A stretch of 64,000 nt of DNA from an uncultured Verrucomicrobiae bacterium (GTDB lineage: Bacteria > Verrucomicrobiota > Verrucomicrobiia > Chthoniobacterales > Terrimicrobiaceae): the NCBI GenBank assembly GCA_963824895.1, contig CAWGQS010000005.1:36931-100930 (forward strand), in the 5' to 3' direction. Made by a program: the position numbers and the translations under genes. Below are positions 10,173-19,667 of this stretch, piece by piece. How positions within the stretch are numbered: the stretch's first letter is position 1; each line of letters starts with the position of its first letter. The notes under the pieces were generated by a model. That model made no database searches. It was not told the DNA's origin and was given only the letters and a program-made list of their open reading frames with translations.

Positions 10173-10568
10173 GAGGTTATCCGGGCGGGCGTCCACCAGC
10201 GTACCGGTGCCGCTTGATCCACTGTGAAGGAATATACTTGCTGACTGCACCGCGTGAAAAGAGCCCGCCGCGGGTTACGCCGAGAGAGCTTTCGGTTTAA
10301 GGCGGATGATCGTTTTCCAGGCGGGCTGCCTATCGCTTTTGCTTCTACCCGCAAAGATTGCTTTGGGCCTCAATGGTAGCGGGCGGATCATTTCCAATCT
10401 GGCCTATGGTAGAACCGCCCTATGTGAACGCGTAGATAGCACGCTCACGCTTGAGCAGTAATCGGGGCGATCCTGATGTTGGCCTCGCGGATTCTCGAGG
10501 CGACCCTGTTCGATTGACAAGCCTCGGGGCCGAGCGTCAGCCTAGCCATGGAACGGGGAACGGCGGTT

Positions 10569-11075
10569 CTAGTTGAGGGACTGAAGCGCCGCCTCGACTT
10601 CCTGGGCATGCTCCTTCGTTTTGGCCTGCGGAGAAATCCAAGCGATCTTGCCGTCTTTGACGATAAACGACTGTCTTTTGGCGAGGCCCATCGTCGTCGG
10701 CACTCCGAAGGCCTCCGCGACCTTGCCATCGCTATCTGCAATCAACGAGAAAGGCAGCTGGTTCTCGTCTTTGAACTTCTTTTGAGATTCCATGGTATCC
10801 TCGCTCACCCCGAGAATCTGCACTCCTTTCTGATTGAAATCGGTGAACGAATCGCGCAGCGAACATGCTTGCGCCGTGCAGCCAGCGCTGCCGGCTTTGG
10901 GATAGAAATAGACCAGAGTCGTTCCTTTGGCGTAAATATCTGCAAAGTTGATGGGTTCTCCGTCTTGATCTTTGGCGGTCATGACAGGCGCGTTCGCGCC
11001 CACCGACAGTGGTTCAGCCTTGGCAGCAAATCCGAACAAGCTTATCGCGGAAAAGACGAGAAATGATAGTTTCAT
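10569..11075 (-). CDS. bcp: Thiol peroxidase Bcp (peroxiredoxin) with N-terminal signal peptide
   Basis: YFYPKAGSAGCTAQAC contains the Bcp CxxxxC motif. I chose the start at ATG 11075 (MKLSFLVFSAISLFGFAAKA), not the longer track ORF ending at 11180. Confidence 0.85.
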   Translation of the reverse strand: MKLSFLVFSAISLFGFAAKAEPLSVGANAPVMTAKDQDGEPINFADIYAKGTTLVYFYPKAGSAGCTAQACSLRDSFTDFNQKGVQILGVSEDTMESQKKFKDENQLPFSLIADSDGKVAEAFGVPTTMGLAKRQSFIVKDGKIAWISPQAKTKEHAQEVEAALQSLN

Positions 11076-11108
11076 GGCTGAATGGGAAAAGTCGCAGTCA
11101 CTTGAAGA

Positions 11109-12503
11109 ATGTCTAAGTCGTCGTCTTTCAGATACGCGATCTCTGGCGTCGCTGCCTCCATTATCTGCGGTTTTTTTCATTCCCTGCCCTTTCTCGATGG
11201 CTTGCCCACACAGCAGAGTTTCGCGGCGGCAATCCGTGGCGTCGCATCACTTCGGAAAATGGAGGGTTATGGGACGGCCTCACTATATGACTTCGTTGCG
11301 GGACGTCTCTGGGAAGCCGGCGGGGCGTCTTTGCTGGCCAGGGGTCAATGGCTGGCCGTCTTTACAGGATGGACGCTGGCAACTCTTCTTTCGTTGGCGG
11401 TCATTTACACCATCGTGCGACTGCTGGATGATCAGCGCTCGCGGGCGATTCTTTTTGGTTCTGCCATCATCCTGGCCTTGTCCACGTGTGTCCCGCCGCT
11501 GTGGATGAACTGGCGAAGCCGGGGCGAGAAAGTATCGGATTTTCGTTTGCTGCTTCCCTCAGAATTAGCCGAGCAAATCCGTCAAGTTGGGCGGGAGAAG
11601 GTGTTTGCGAATCCTACAGCGCTGACGCAGTTGTTATTACTTCTCCCGGATCGCGGAGCCGGTGTTTCGCTAGAGGATTCGGCCCGCTTGTCGCTGAATC
11701 CCAGCCAGTGGCGCGAGGCCTTTCGTCGCCAACGCTGGCCGACGGTCGTCCTGTCGGGTCGGATTGGAGAGTACAGGCCACTTTTGCATCATTTGCTGGT
11801 TTCACCCGATTGGCATCTCGCTGTTGTGAGCAATCATGGATTTCTGTTTCGGCATGGTCCCGGACTTCCGCCACGATCTCTCGATGAAACGTTTCGATGC
11901 GGCAGCGACCAGGAAACGGCCCTCTATCTTGCCCAAATTGCTGGTTATTACGAAGCGATCCGGCGGAGCGCCGACGCGCGAGCTTGCCTTGAGCGGGCCG
12001 TGAAGCTAGCTCCTGATAACACCTCAGTCCTCTCCCATGCGGCCAACTTTGCTGTCGCCCAGCGTCGCTGGCAAGATGCCATTGACCACAGCAGAAAAGC
12101 CCTTGAGAACGATCCAAATTTGGCTCATGCCAAACTGGTTCAAGCGCTGGCACTCTTCGAGACGGGTGAGGCGGAGCGAGCAGAGAAGCTGGTGGATGAG
12201 GTGCTCCTCGAGGCACCGAACGATTCCTACACACTGTTTCTTTCCGCCCGAATTTCAAGAACGCTAAATGACTACAGCGGGGAAGCTGAATCGCTGGAGA
12301 AGCTTGTCACCAATGCCAAGAAAGCGGGTCTCTCCCCGGTTGATTATCAGATCTACCTTGCGCAGGCTTACGCGAAGCAGGGTCTGGCGGAACCGGCGCT
12401 GCACAGCTATCGTGCTGCGCTCGACAGCGACCAGTTGGCTCCCGGGCAGAAGGATGACATTCGCGAGGCGATCGAGGCAATCGAATCCGGAAGCGCTCAA
12501 TAA
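11109..12503 (+). CDS. Membrane-anchored TPR repeat protein
   Basis: 464 aa with a hydrophobic N-terminal third and a C-terminal half made of TPR-like repeats ([30 protein letters not shown] and similar). The start is uncertain; an alternative ATG lies at about 11259. Confidence 0.7.
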   Translation: MSKSSSFRYAISGVAASIICGFFHSLPFLDGLPTQQSFAAAIRGVASLRKMEGYGTASLYDFVAGRLWEAGGASLLARGQWLAVFTGWTLATLLSLAVIYTIVRLLDDQRSRAILFGSAIILALSTCVPPLWMNWRSRGEKVSDFRLLLPSELAEQIRQVGREKVFANPTALTQLLLLLPDRGAGVSLEDSARLSLNPSQWREAFRRQRWPTVVLSGRIGEYRPLLHHLLVSPDWHLAVVSNHGFLFRHGPGLPPRSLDETFRCGSDQETALYLAQIAGYYEAIRRSADARACLERAVKLAPDNTSVLSHAANFAVAQRRWQDAIDHSRKALENDPNLAHAKLVQALALFETGEAERAEKLVDEVLLEAPNDSYTLFLSARISRTLNDYSGEAESLEKLVTNAKKAGLSPVDYQIYLAQAYAKQGLAEPALHSYRAALDSDQLAPGQKDDIREAIEAIESGSAQ

Positions 12504-12558
12504 GCGTGGGGTTTTCGCTTTGCGACCTTCCCGGCACTTATCTAATGTAGTCCGGTTC

Positions 12559-14262
12559 ATGAGAACCAAAGTCTCTGCAAAAAACGAGTTGCGCCCCTTT
12601 TCGTCTATCGTTCTGGACGGCGAGAGTCGCGCTCCAAGCCGTGCGATGCTTTATCCGATCGGATTCGGGGAAGGCGATTTTTCCAAACCGCAGATCGGCG
12701 TTGCGTCGACCTGGAGCATGGTCACTCCGTGCAACATGCACATCGATCAACTTGCACGCGAAGCGGCTGTGGGAGTGAATGACGCTGGAGGCAAGGCAAC
12801 TATTTTCAACACCATCACCATCTCCGACGGCATTTCAATGGGAACGGAGGGGATGAAATATTCACTGGTTTCCCGCGAAGTCATTGCCGACTCGATCGAA
12901 ACTGTCGTCGGGTGTCAGGGCTTTGATGGCTTCGTGGCAATCGGAGGCTGCGATAAGAACATGCCCGGTTGTTGTATTGCCATGGCGCGCCTGAATCGCC
13001 CGGCGGTATTTGTCTACGGTGGCACGATTCTCCCGGGTTGCCTGAACGGCCGAAATCTCGACATCGTTTCCGTTTTCGAAGCTGTTGGTGCTGAAGCAGC
13101 CGGCAAGATCGACAAGCAGGAAATGCATGCCGTCGAATCCTGCGCCATCCCAGGTCCAGGATCGTGCGGAGGCATGTACACCGCCAATACAATGGCGTCC
13201 GCGCTCGAGGCGATGGGCCTCAGTTTACCGAACAGTTCGGCGCAAGCGGCGGTGTCGGAACACAAAGTCCGCGATTGTCGGGAGGCGGGAGCCGCAGTCA
13301 TCGAGATGCTCAAGCGCGGCATCCGGCCCTCCGATATTTTTTCCAGGGAGTCATTTGAAAACGCGATCACGGTCGTGATCGCTTTGGGGGGTTCCACGAA
13401 TGCGGTGCTTCACCTTTTGGCGATCGCGCATGCCGCGAATGTGAGTCTTAGTTTGGATGACTTTACGCGTATAGGTAAGCGGGTTCCGGTTTTGGCCGAC
13501 CTTAAACCGAGCGGTCGTTTTATGATGAGCCAGCTCGTCGAAATCGGCGGCATTGTTCCTCTGATGAAGGAGCTCATGCACGCTAAGTTGTTGCACGGCG
13601 ATTGCCTGACGGTCACGGGCAAGACGCTCAAGCAAAATCTCGCGCCCTTTAAGGGATATCCGAAGAATCAGCAAATCATCGCTCCCATTAGCAAGCCTCT
13701 AAAAAGGGACAGCCACTTGGTCGTCTTGCGCGGCAATCTCGCGCCGGACGGAGCCGTCGCGAAGATCAGCGGCAAGGAAGGTCAACGATTCAGCGGAACC
13801 GCGCGGGTCTATGACAGTGAAGAGGCGGCCATGCGAGCCATCCTTGAAGGAAAGATCAAGAAAGGTGACGTCATCGTCATTCGCTATGAGGGACCACGCG
13901 GCGGACCCGGTATGCGCGAGATGCTCTCGCCCACTAGCGCGGTCATGGGTCGCGGCCTCGGCAAGGAAGTTGCCCTAATCACCGACGGGCGCTTCTCCGG
14001 TGGCACGCACGGCTTTGTCGTGGGGCACATCACGCCGGAAGCGTTCGATGGCGGACCGCTCGCGATCGTCAAGAGTGGCGATCTTGTCACAATCGACGCT
14101 GAAAAGCGGACCATCGACCTCGGTGTCCCACAAAGCGAGATCAGGACGAGGCTCAAGAGCTGGAAGCGTCCAAAACCTCGCTATCGCCGGGGCGTCTTGG
14201 CGAAGTATGCGGCACACGTGACAACGGCCTCCCTTGGAGCGGTGACGGACGCTGGTCTTTGA
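12559..14262 (+). CDS. ilvD: Dihydroxy-acid dehydratase
   Basis: Motifs [18 protein letters not shown] and [10 protein letters not shown] chose the ATG at 12559 (MRTKVSAK) because the track ORF starting at 12268 overlaps the TPR gene. Confidence 0.95.
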   Translation: MRTKVSAKNELRPFSSIVLDGESRAPSRAMLYPIGFGEGDFSKPQIGVASTWSMVTPCNMHIDQLAREAAVGVNDAGGKATIFNTITISDGISMGTEGMKYSLVSREVIADSIETVVGCQGFDGFVAIGGCDKNMPGCCIAMARLNRPAVFVYGGTILPGCLNGRNLDIVSVFEAVGAEAAGKIDKQEMHAVESCAIPGPGSCGGMYTANTMASALEAMGLSLPNSSAQAAVSEHKVRDCREAGAAVIEMLKRGIRPSDIFSRESFENAITVVIALGGSTNAVLHLLAIAHAANVSLSLDDFTRIGKRVPVLADLKPSGRFMMSQLVEIGGIVPLMKELMHAKLLHGDCLTVTGKTLKQNLAPFKGYPKNQQIIAPISKPLKRDSHLVVLRGNLAPDGAVAKISGKEGQRFSGTARVYDSEEAAMRAILEGKIKKGDVIVIRYEGPRGGPGMREMLSPTSAVMGRGLGKEVALITDGRFSGGTHGFVVGHITPEAFDGGPLAIVKSGDLVTIDAEKRTIDLGVPQSEIRTRLKSWKRPKPRYRRGVLAKYAAHVTTASLGAVTDAGL

Positions 14263-14271
14263 TTCCTGATC

Positions 14272-17200
14272 ATGCGCGAATCGCCGGCCCACCCCGCTCA
14301 AACTACGGCTTGTTTTCTGCACGCCTCATCCCCTTCGGCGGCGTTTCAAAACACGCAGTTGTCAATAAGTTTGGGGGAAGCTTGCCCCGCCGCCCGCGTG
14401 CGCCAGGCTTGGCAGCAGGTCACCGCGCAATACGGGGTGCTTCGCTCAAGCTTCTTCAAGCTGCCGACCGGCGAGTTTCTTTACCGTGAGCACGAAGGCA
14501 TCGAGGCCTCATGGCAATTGATGGATTGGACGAAGGTGAGCCCTGATGAGACACCCCACCGTTGGTCGGCGCTCCTCGAAGAAGATGCGGCCCAGCCCTT
14601 CGATCTCGCTAAACCACCGTTAGTGCGATTCGTCGCAATTGAGTTGCCACGAGGTCACTGCCACCTGTTGATGACCTATCCGAAGGTGCTGCTCGATGAA
14701 GATGCTCTCTTCCGCCTTCTGTGTGCATGGCTCGGCGCGCTGGAAGGGGCACTACCTTTGGATGTCGAGGAACCATCGCGGCCATTCGAAGATTCTCAGA
14801 CTGCCGCCGATTGGTGGTCCAAACGGCTGGCTGAGGCGGCCGACCCGCAGATTCTCCGGGTGTATCCACGGGGAGCGTTGGATTGGCCCACCAGTGCGCG
14901 TGCTGACAGTCACCTCACCATGGACAGGGAAATGTCGGACGCTCTGCAAAAGCTTTGCCGTGAACTCGGACTTTCGACCCGCGATGCATTCCTGGCGTTT
15001 TGGGCATTGGTCGTAGGTAGATTGACCGCGAGTGATGAGCTGACTTTGCTGGCAAGCTGTCCCCTAACCGGCCCCAGAAATTTAGGCTGGGGGCTGATCG
15101 AGAACATTCTGCCTCGCCTTGTCTCCATCCGCAATGAGCTCACCGTAACTGGATGGTTAAAAGAAGCCGCCGGCGAGGAAGAGGAACGTCGTTATCACGC
15201 GGCGATCAGTCTCCCGCGCGCCTTACAGATGGCGAAGCCGATGCGTCCTCTAAGCGAGTTTCCGATCGCCTTCGTTTGGTTGCCAGCCGCGTTGAATGAT
15301 CGCATCCATCGGGCACTTCCACGCTGGATTCACCTCGACGTCAAGACTGTGCAACGGTCGATTTTTCCGTTTACCCTTGAGGTCCGACCGGGACATCGAT
15401 TTAGCCTTCGAGTCGAATTTGATCCCGAATTCTTTCCTTCGCCGGAAGCCAAAAACCTTTTGGAGCGGGTAGTACGCGTGGCCGAGTTGGTCATCAAAGA
15501 TCCCGCGAGGAAAGTCGGATCGCTCACGATTCTCACCAAAGCGGAGAGGGAAATCCCGCAGCCACTGGAAACGGGACGCGTTCTGGAAAAGCCGAGCGCC
15601 ACCATTCAGGATATGATCGCCGCGGTGATCTCCCGGCAACCGTTGTCGCTCGCAATTGAGGGGCCGAACGACGCCGCCTTGTCTTTTGCCGAGCTCGACT
15701 CATGTGTAAAGTTGCTGGCGGCTCATCTCCGCGGTGAAGACCCCTCGCATACAGCCCGGGTAGCCATATGTTTGACGCCGACGCCGTGGCTGCCGGTAGC
15801 CGTGCTCGGAATCATCCTCGCAGGAAACGCCTGCGTGCCTCTTGATCCAAATTCCAGCGCTACGTGGCTCGCCAGTAGGCTTACGGCTTTTGAAGTAAGC
15901 GTCGTTCTCTGCGATTCGATTACGGCGCCTGTCTTCGCGAGTTCAACGTGTAAGCTTATTATCTTGGACCAAAAGTGGGATGCGATCACCGCCACGTCCA
16001 CCGGCGAGGTCTCCCCGCTTCGCGAGCCCAACCCAGCTTTCTTTCTCGCCGGAACGGAATTTGATGAGGCGCCTCCCTTACGAAGTCTGGGCCCACAGGA
16101 ATTGCTCGAAGCTTGTCAGGAAACGATTGCTCTTTGGGAGCTCCAACCAGGTGAACGAATTCCCTTAGTGACGACTGAAGGGACTGCTGCATTCGTGGAA
16201 ATAATGCTTTCGGGGATGCTCGCAGGAGCGACCGTCATTCTGCTCGACGAGGGAGAACTCTCCGCCACGTTGAGGAGTGCAAGACCTTCGCATGTGCGCC
16301 TGACGTCCGGCCAATGGCGCAGTTGGGTAACGGGATTACGGGGGGACAGGACGGCCCTTCCCCAGTCACTTCGCTGTGTTTGTATCGAGGAGGAAGTCTT
16401 GGCACCGGCCATCTATGCGCAGTGGCAGGACGTCAACGACGGCCAGGCCAAAACCATGTTCTTTTCCAGTCCTGCGGGATTTTCCGGTCTAAGTGTGCAC
16501 TACCAAGCTGCAGATCGACCCGGCCTCTCTGTCTACCTCACCGACATTCCCCTGGGAACTCCAGGTCCCGGAGTTGTCGCGCGCTTGCTTGATTCTGCCG
16601 GCCACCCCTTGCCGCCACGCTATCCGGGACAGCTGACAATCGAGCTCCTCGACCACCATTTAGAAAAATTCGGGGCGGCCGCGTGGCGCGATAAGTTTGG
16701 CGTTATTCATTTCATTCCCTCTGAGGACGGTCTTGTCGAACGAATGCTCGCTGACATTGCAGGGATCCAAGATGCACATTCTGTCATCATGCAAGCCGAT
16801 GGAAAGACCGCCCGGTATGCCTGGCTAATCTTACGGGATGGTAGCCTTCATGTCTCGGAGGAAGTAAAAGGTGCGATCATGCGCCTGCCGAAAAAACTTC
16901 AGCCGGACTATGTGAATGCCGTCGCCGAGTTTGCTCTGACCCCAGGCGGGAGGATTGATTCGGCAAAGCTGTATCGATCGTTGTCTGTCCTGCAGGCGAA
17001 GACTTCGGAAAAAGGTCATCCGGTGCATTCTCCTGGCTGGCAACCATTGCTGCTCCTGCACCGAACTCCTGACGCCCCCACGTTGTTCCTGATTCATGAC
17101 CTCGAAGGAAGTCCTGAAAAATACAGGGATCTCGTCGCGCTTCTCGCTGAAGATTGGACGCTGATTGGGACAACAGCCCGCGGGCTCACGGAACCAGGTG

Positions 17201-17724
17201 CATGCCACCAAACAGTTGAAAGCGAGGCTGCTGCTTTAGTCGAAGCCGTTCGAATGCAGGACCCCGATGGCCCCTATCATCTTTTCGGCTACGGTTTTGG
17301 CGCTATCCTTGCGTTTGAAATGGCCCACCGCCTGAGGGATGCCGGTTCTCGCGTCCGCTATCTTGCCTTGACGGGCTCGCGCGCGCCTTCGCTCAACGGA
17401 AAAGCAGATGATTGGAGGCGTTCACTTTCGCGGGCATTTTCGCGTCCTGGCAAACGTGACGTTGCCGTCGAGCCGCAGACCGGATCGGTCGAGATCTCGC
17501 ATGCCCACGCGTTGAGGGGGTTTCGCACGCACCCGCTGAGCGGCCCGTGCTGTGTCATTATGGGCACGAGCATGGCGCGCGATCATGAGGTCTCGTGGCG
17601 GGCTTGCGCGCCGGAGGCGGCCATCAATCGGTTGAATTGCGATCCCGACCAGATGCTCACGCAACCTACGGTCAAGACTCTCGCGACGGTCTTGCGCGAG
17701 TACGCCAAGGCATCCTTTAATTAG
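14272..17724 (+). CDS. NRPS-like protein: condensation-like + adenylation-like + thioesterase-like domains, no carrier domain, degenerate catalytic motifs
   Basis: 1150 aa with a C-domain-like N-terminus (PAQ..CFLH, LRSSFF). PKVLLDE sits where HHxxxDG is expected. The A-domain-like core has ACVPLDP and the terminal LTPGGRIDSAKL. The C-terminal alpha/beta domain has GYGFG at the nucleophile elbow. Confidence 0.8.
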   Translation: MRESPAHPAQTTACFLHASSPSAAFQNTQLSISLGEACPAARVRQAWQQVTAQYGVLRSSFFKLPTGEFLYREHEGIEASWQLMDWTKVSPDETPHRWSALLEEDAAQPFDLAKPPLVRFVAIELPRGHCHLLMTYPKVLLDEDALFRLLCAWLGALEGALPLDVEEPSRPFEDSQTAADWWSKRLAEAADPQILRVYPRGALDWPTSARADSHLTMDREMSDALQKLCRELGLSTRDAFLAFWALVVGRLTASDELTLLASCPLTGPRNLGWGLIENILPRLVSIRNELTVTGWLKEAAGEEEERRYHAAISLPRALQMAKPMRPLSEFPIAFVWLPAALNDRIHRALPRWIHLDVKTVQRSIFPFTLEVRPGHRFSLRVEFDPEFFPSPEAKNLLERVVRVAELVIKDPARKVGSLTILTKAEREIPQPLETGRVLEKPSATIQDMIAAVISRQPLSLAIEGPNDAALSFAELDSCVKLLAAHLRGEDPSHTARVAICLTPTPWLPVAVLGIILAGNACVPLDPNSSATWLASRLTAFEVSVVLCDSITAPVFASSTCKLIILDQKWDAITATSTGEVSPLREPNPAFFLAGTEFDEAPPLRSLGPQELLEACQETIALWELQPGERIPLVTTEGTAAFVEIMLSGMLAGATVILLDEGELSATLRSARPSHVRLTSGQWRSWVTGLRGDRTALPQSLRCVCIEEEVLAPAIYAQWQDVNDGQAKTMFFSSPAGFSGLSVHYQAADRPGLSVYLTDIPLGTPGPGVVARLLDSAGHPLPPRYPGQLTIELLDHHLEKFGAAAWRDKFGVIHFIPSEDGLVERMLADIAGIQDAHSVIMQADGKTARYAWLILRDGSLHVSEEVKGAIMRLPKKLQPDYVNAVAEFALTPGGRIDSAKLYRSLSVLQAKTSEKGHPVHSPGWQPLLLLHRTPDAPTLFLIHDLEGSPEKYRDLVALLAEDWTLIGTTARGLTEPGACHQTVESEAAALVEAVRMQDPDGPYHLFGYGFGAILAFEMAHRLRDAGSRVRYLALTGSRAPSLNGKADDWRRSLSRAFSRPGKRDVAVEPQTGSVEISHAHALRGFRTHPLSGPCCVIMGTSMARDHEVSWRACAPEAAINRLNCDPDQMLTQPTVKTLATVLREYAKASFN

Positions 17725-17746
17725 CCCCGGCTGACTGGGCGATTGG

Positions 17747-18562
17747 TCATTTGCTACTAAGCTTCGGGCGAATCCTCCCAGGCACCAAAGCTCGGAAGAA
17801 TTGAAGCCATACCCCCGCCCGCGGCACCTTGACACGTTGGCTTAGTGGATAACGCTCGACGAGGGCGAGAGTTTGGTCGCCAAGGTAGAGCGGGAGAGCG
17901 CAGCTCACCCGCAAACGATAGATCTTCAGCGCATCGACATATTGCCGGGCCGCACCCAGATGCCCGCGAGCATCCGCCAAAACTTCATCGAAGCGTTCTG
18001 GAGGCACATATATTCGGCCGATTAGCGCGTCTGCATGCCGGTCGCGCAGGATGTTGACGAGTTGCAGGCCTTTTCCGAAGCGGATACCCAAAGCTGTCAA
18101 CTCGGAAAATTCCAGCGAGGCAAAGGCAGGAATTTTCTTCTGACAAATTCGGGTCCAAAATTCGCCGACGCATCCGGCGACGAGGTACGTATAGCGGTCC
18201 AACTCCTGAGCGCTGAGGGGAGCTGAGTTTGCGGAGAAGCGGTCATGATCGAAGTGCTGACCTTGGCGGATGGTTGACCAGACGTTTTCGATTTCGAGAC
18301 GATCCGGTGAGCGCGAAAGCCATCCCTCGATCTCTTGGCGCCGCGCGACGAGTTGCCTTTCTGCCTCAGTAATTGCTCCGTCGACGAGAGTATCGGATAG
18401 CCGGGCGACGAGATAAGCCAGCGCTATCGATTCGCGCACCGGTGTCGGGAGAAGCCTAAGGGTCAAGTAGAACGAACGCGAAACGCGCTTGAGCAGTGAC
18501 CAATCAATTGAGGAGACTCTCAATGGCGCTTGAGCCGCTTGGGGGCAGAGCTCGTGAGGCAC
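17747..18562 (-). CDS. Squalene/phytoene synthase family protein
   Basis: 271 aa with SFYLTLRLLP, YLVARLSDTLVD (first DxxxD) and NILRDRHADALIGRIYVP (second Asp-rich motif). Confidence 0.75.
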   Translation of the reverse strand: MPHELCPQAAQAPLRVSSIDWSLLKRVSRSFYLTLRLLPTPVRESIALAYLVARLSDTLVDGAITEAERQLVARRQEIEGWLSRSPDRLEIENVWSTIRQGQHFDHDRFSANSAPLSAQELDRYTYLVAGCVGEFWTRICQKKIPAFASLEFSELTALGIRFGKGLQLVNILRDRHADALIGRIYVPPERFDEVLADARGHLGAARQYVDALKIYRLRVSCALPLYLGDQTLALVERYPLSQRVKVPRAGVWLQFFRALVPGRIRPKLSSK

Positions 18563-18578
18563 AGGCGTCGGTTCTTCA

Positions 18579-19631
18579 CTACCTGAATCCCTCTACGCCT
18601 ACCCGGATCGTTTGAATGCGTGATTCGGCGGACTCTCCTAGTCCGAGTTCGGAGGCTGCTCCCAAGTAAGCGGTCATTGGTTTAATCGAAGGCATTTTGC
18701 TGGCCTTTCGAGCATCTTCAATAAGCCGCAAGGCAATCGCATCGATGGCTACAGGATCCTTGCTCGCAAACAGGGCATAGTTCTCGAGCGAAAAGTTTGG
18801 ATCGGGAAACGGTCCGCCCGCATATTGCAAAATGAGGGCATCGAGAAGTGTTAGCACCACCTTTTCTCGGATGACTGGGTCAGCATAGACTTCGGCAATG
18901 TAAGAACCTCCTTCTGCCGCCGCCTTGGCGAAGCGGCGCCAATTATCCAGGTTCGGAAGGGTCATATTCACAATGCTGCCGTTTATCCCTGTTAGATAAC
19001 TGTCAGTTAGAGAGGGTATGTTGATCACCTTGGTGACGTTTGTAGTGAGGACCTTGGCAAAGAAGCTCTGACTGCTCAGCTGATCGCCGCTCGACAGAAG
19101 ATCCGCGAAACGGTGCCCGCGGCGATCGCCGAATCGACTATCTCCCCAGATCAGCTTGCCGAGAACGGGAGCGCTCACTGCCGACTTCTGATCGTAGCCG
19201 TTCTTGGGATCAATTCCTTGCAGGACATAGCGTGCATCATCCTTCCTGAACCCTGCAGCCAGGAGATCCTCGATGCTTTTGTCCCAGACAACAATGTTTT
19301 TGGCGGGCACTCCAGACTCCGCCAATCCTTCCACAATCGCGTCGACGACCTCCGGGTTTGTCCCGCTGACCGACCTGCCAGCCGCGGAGACTTTGATGCC
19401 AACCTTGTCCTCCGGTGACACGAGCGACCTCCAAGCGGCTGCGACGGAATATGTCCCCGTGACGTGGCAAATCAGACTATCGACCATCCTTCGAACCACG
19501 CGCGGCTGAATCGATCGGGCGGGCCCGATTGCATTCGTATCGAGCGCGTAATAAACTCTTCCCGCATCCTGGGCACTCGCAGGCAGGCTCAAGGCAAACA
19601 GCCACACAGAACCAAGAACCGCCTTCATCAT
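18579..19631 (-). CDS. DUF362-like protein with signal peptide
   Basis: VGIKVSAAGRSVSGTNPEVVDAIVEGLAESGVPAKNIVVWD matches the DUF362 core as I remember it. The probable start is MMKAVLGSVWLFALSLPASAQD at 19631, because the longer track ORF overlaps hemW. Confidence 0.6.
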   Translation of the reverse strand: MMKAVLGSVWLFALSLPASAQDAGRVYYALDTNAIGPARSIQPRVVRRMVDSLICHVTGTYSVAAAWRSLVSPEDKVGIKVSAAGRSVSGTNPEVVDAIVEGLAESGVPAKNIVVWDKSIEDLLAAGFRKDDARYVLQGIDPKNGYDQKSAVSAPVLGKLIWGDSRFGDRRGHRFADLLSSGDQLSSQSFFAKVLTTNVTKVINIPSLTDSYLTGINGSIVNMTLPNLDNWRRFAKAAAEGGSYIAEVYADPVIREKVVLTLLDALILQYAGGPFPDPNFSLENYALFASKDPVAIDAIALRLIEDARKASKMPSIKPMTAYLGAASELGLGESAESRIQTIRVGVEGFR

Positions 19632-19667
19632 CTGAATCTTGTCAATCCGTCTCGGAAATCCAGCCGA

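Larger units (their letters stand above)
7559..10450. mobile_element. Probable degraded integrative/conjugative element remnant next to tRNA-Lys (no integrase or att repeat found)
   Basis: Immediately 3' of the tRNA the sequence becomes visibly GC-richer. It carries fragments of ICE/plasmid-type genes (ParB-like tail, ArdC, ERCC4 nuclease) on both strands, plus a hemJ fragment. The right boundary is approximate. Confidence 0.35.

Noticed and set aside
10368-10380. An 11-nt match (CTCAATGGTAG) to the D-arm of tRNA-Lys near the presumed right end of the island, considered as a possible att repeat
   Set aside because: Integrative elements duplicate the tRNA 3' end, not the D-arm. The match is short, and no tRNA-like fold or further similarity surrounds it.
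12268-12558. Long N-terminal extension of the ilvD ORF (the track start at 12268 gives 664 aa)
   Set aside because: The extension overlaps the 3' end of the TPR gene in another frame and is Arg-rich nonsense. Dihydroxy-acid dehydratase similarity starts at the ATG at 12559. The same reasoning was applied to the bcp (11076-11180), treS (45471-45689), DUF362, hemW, egtD and acetate-transporter ORF extensions.
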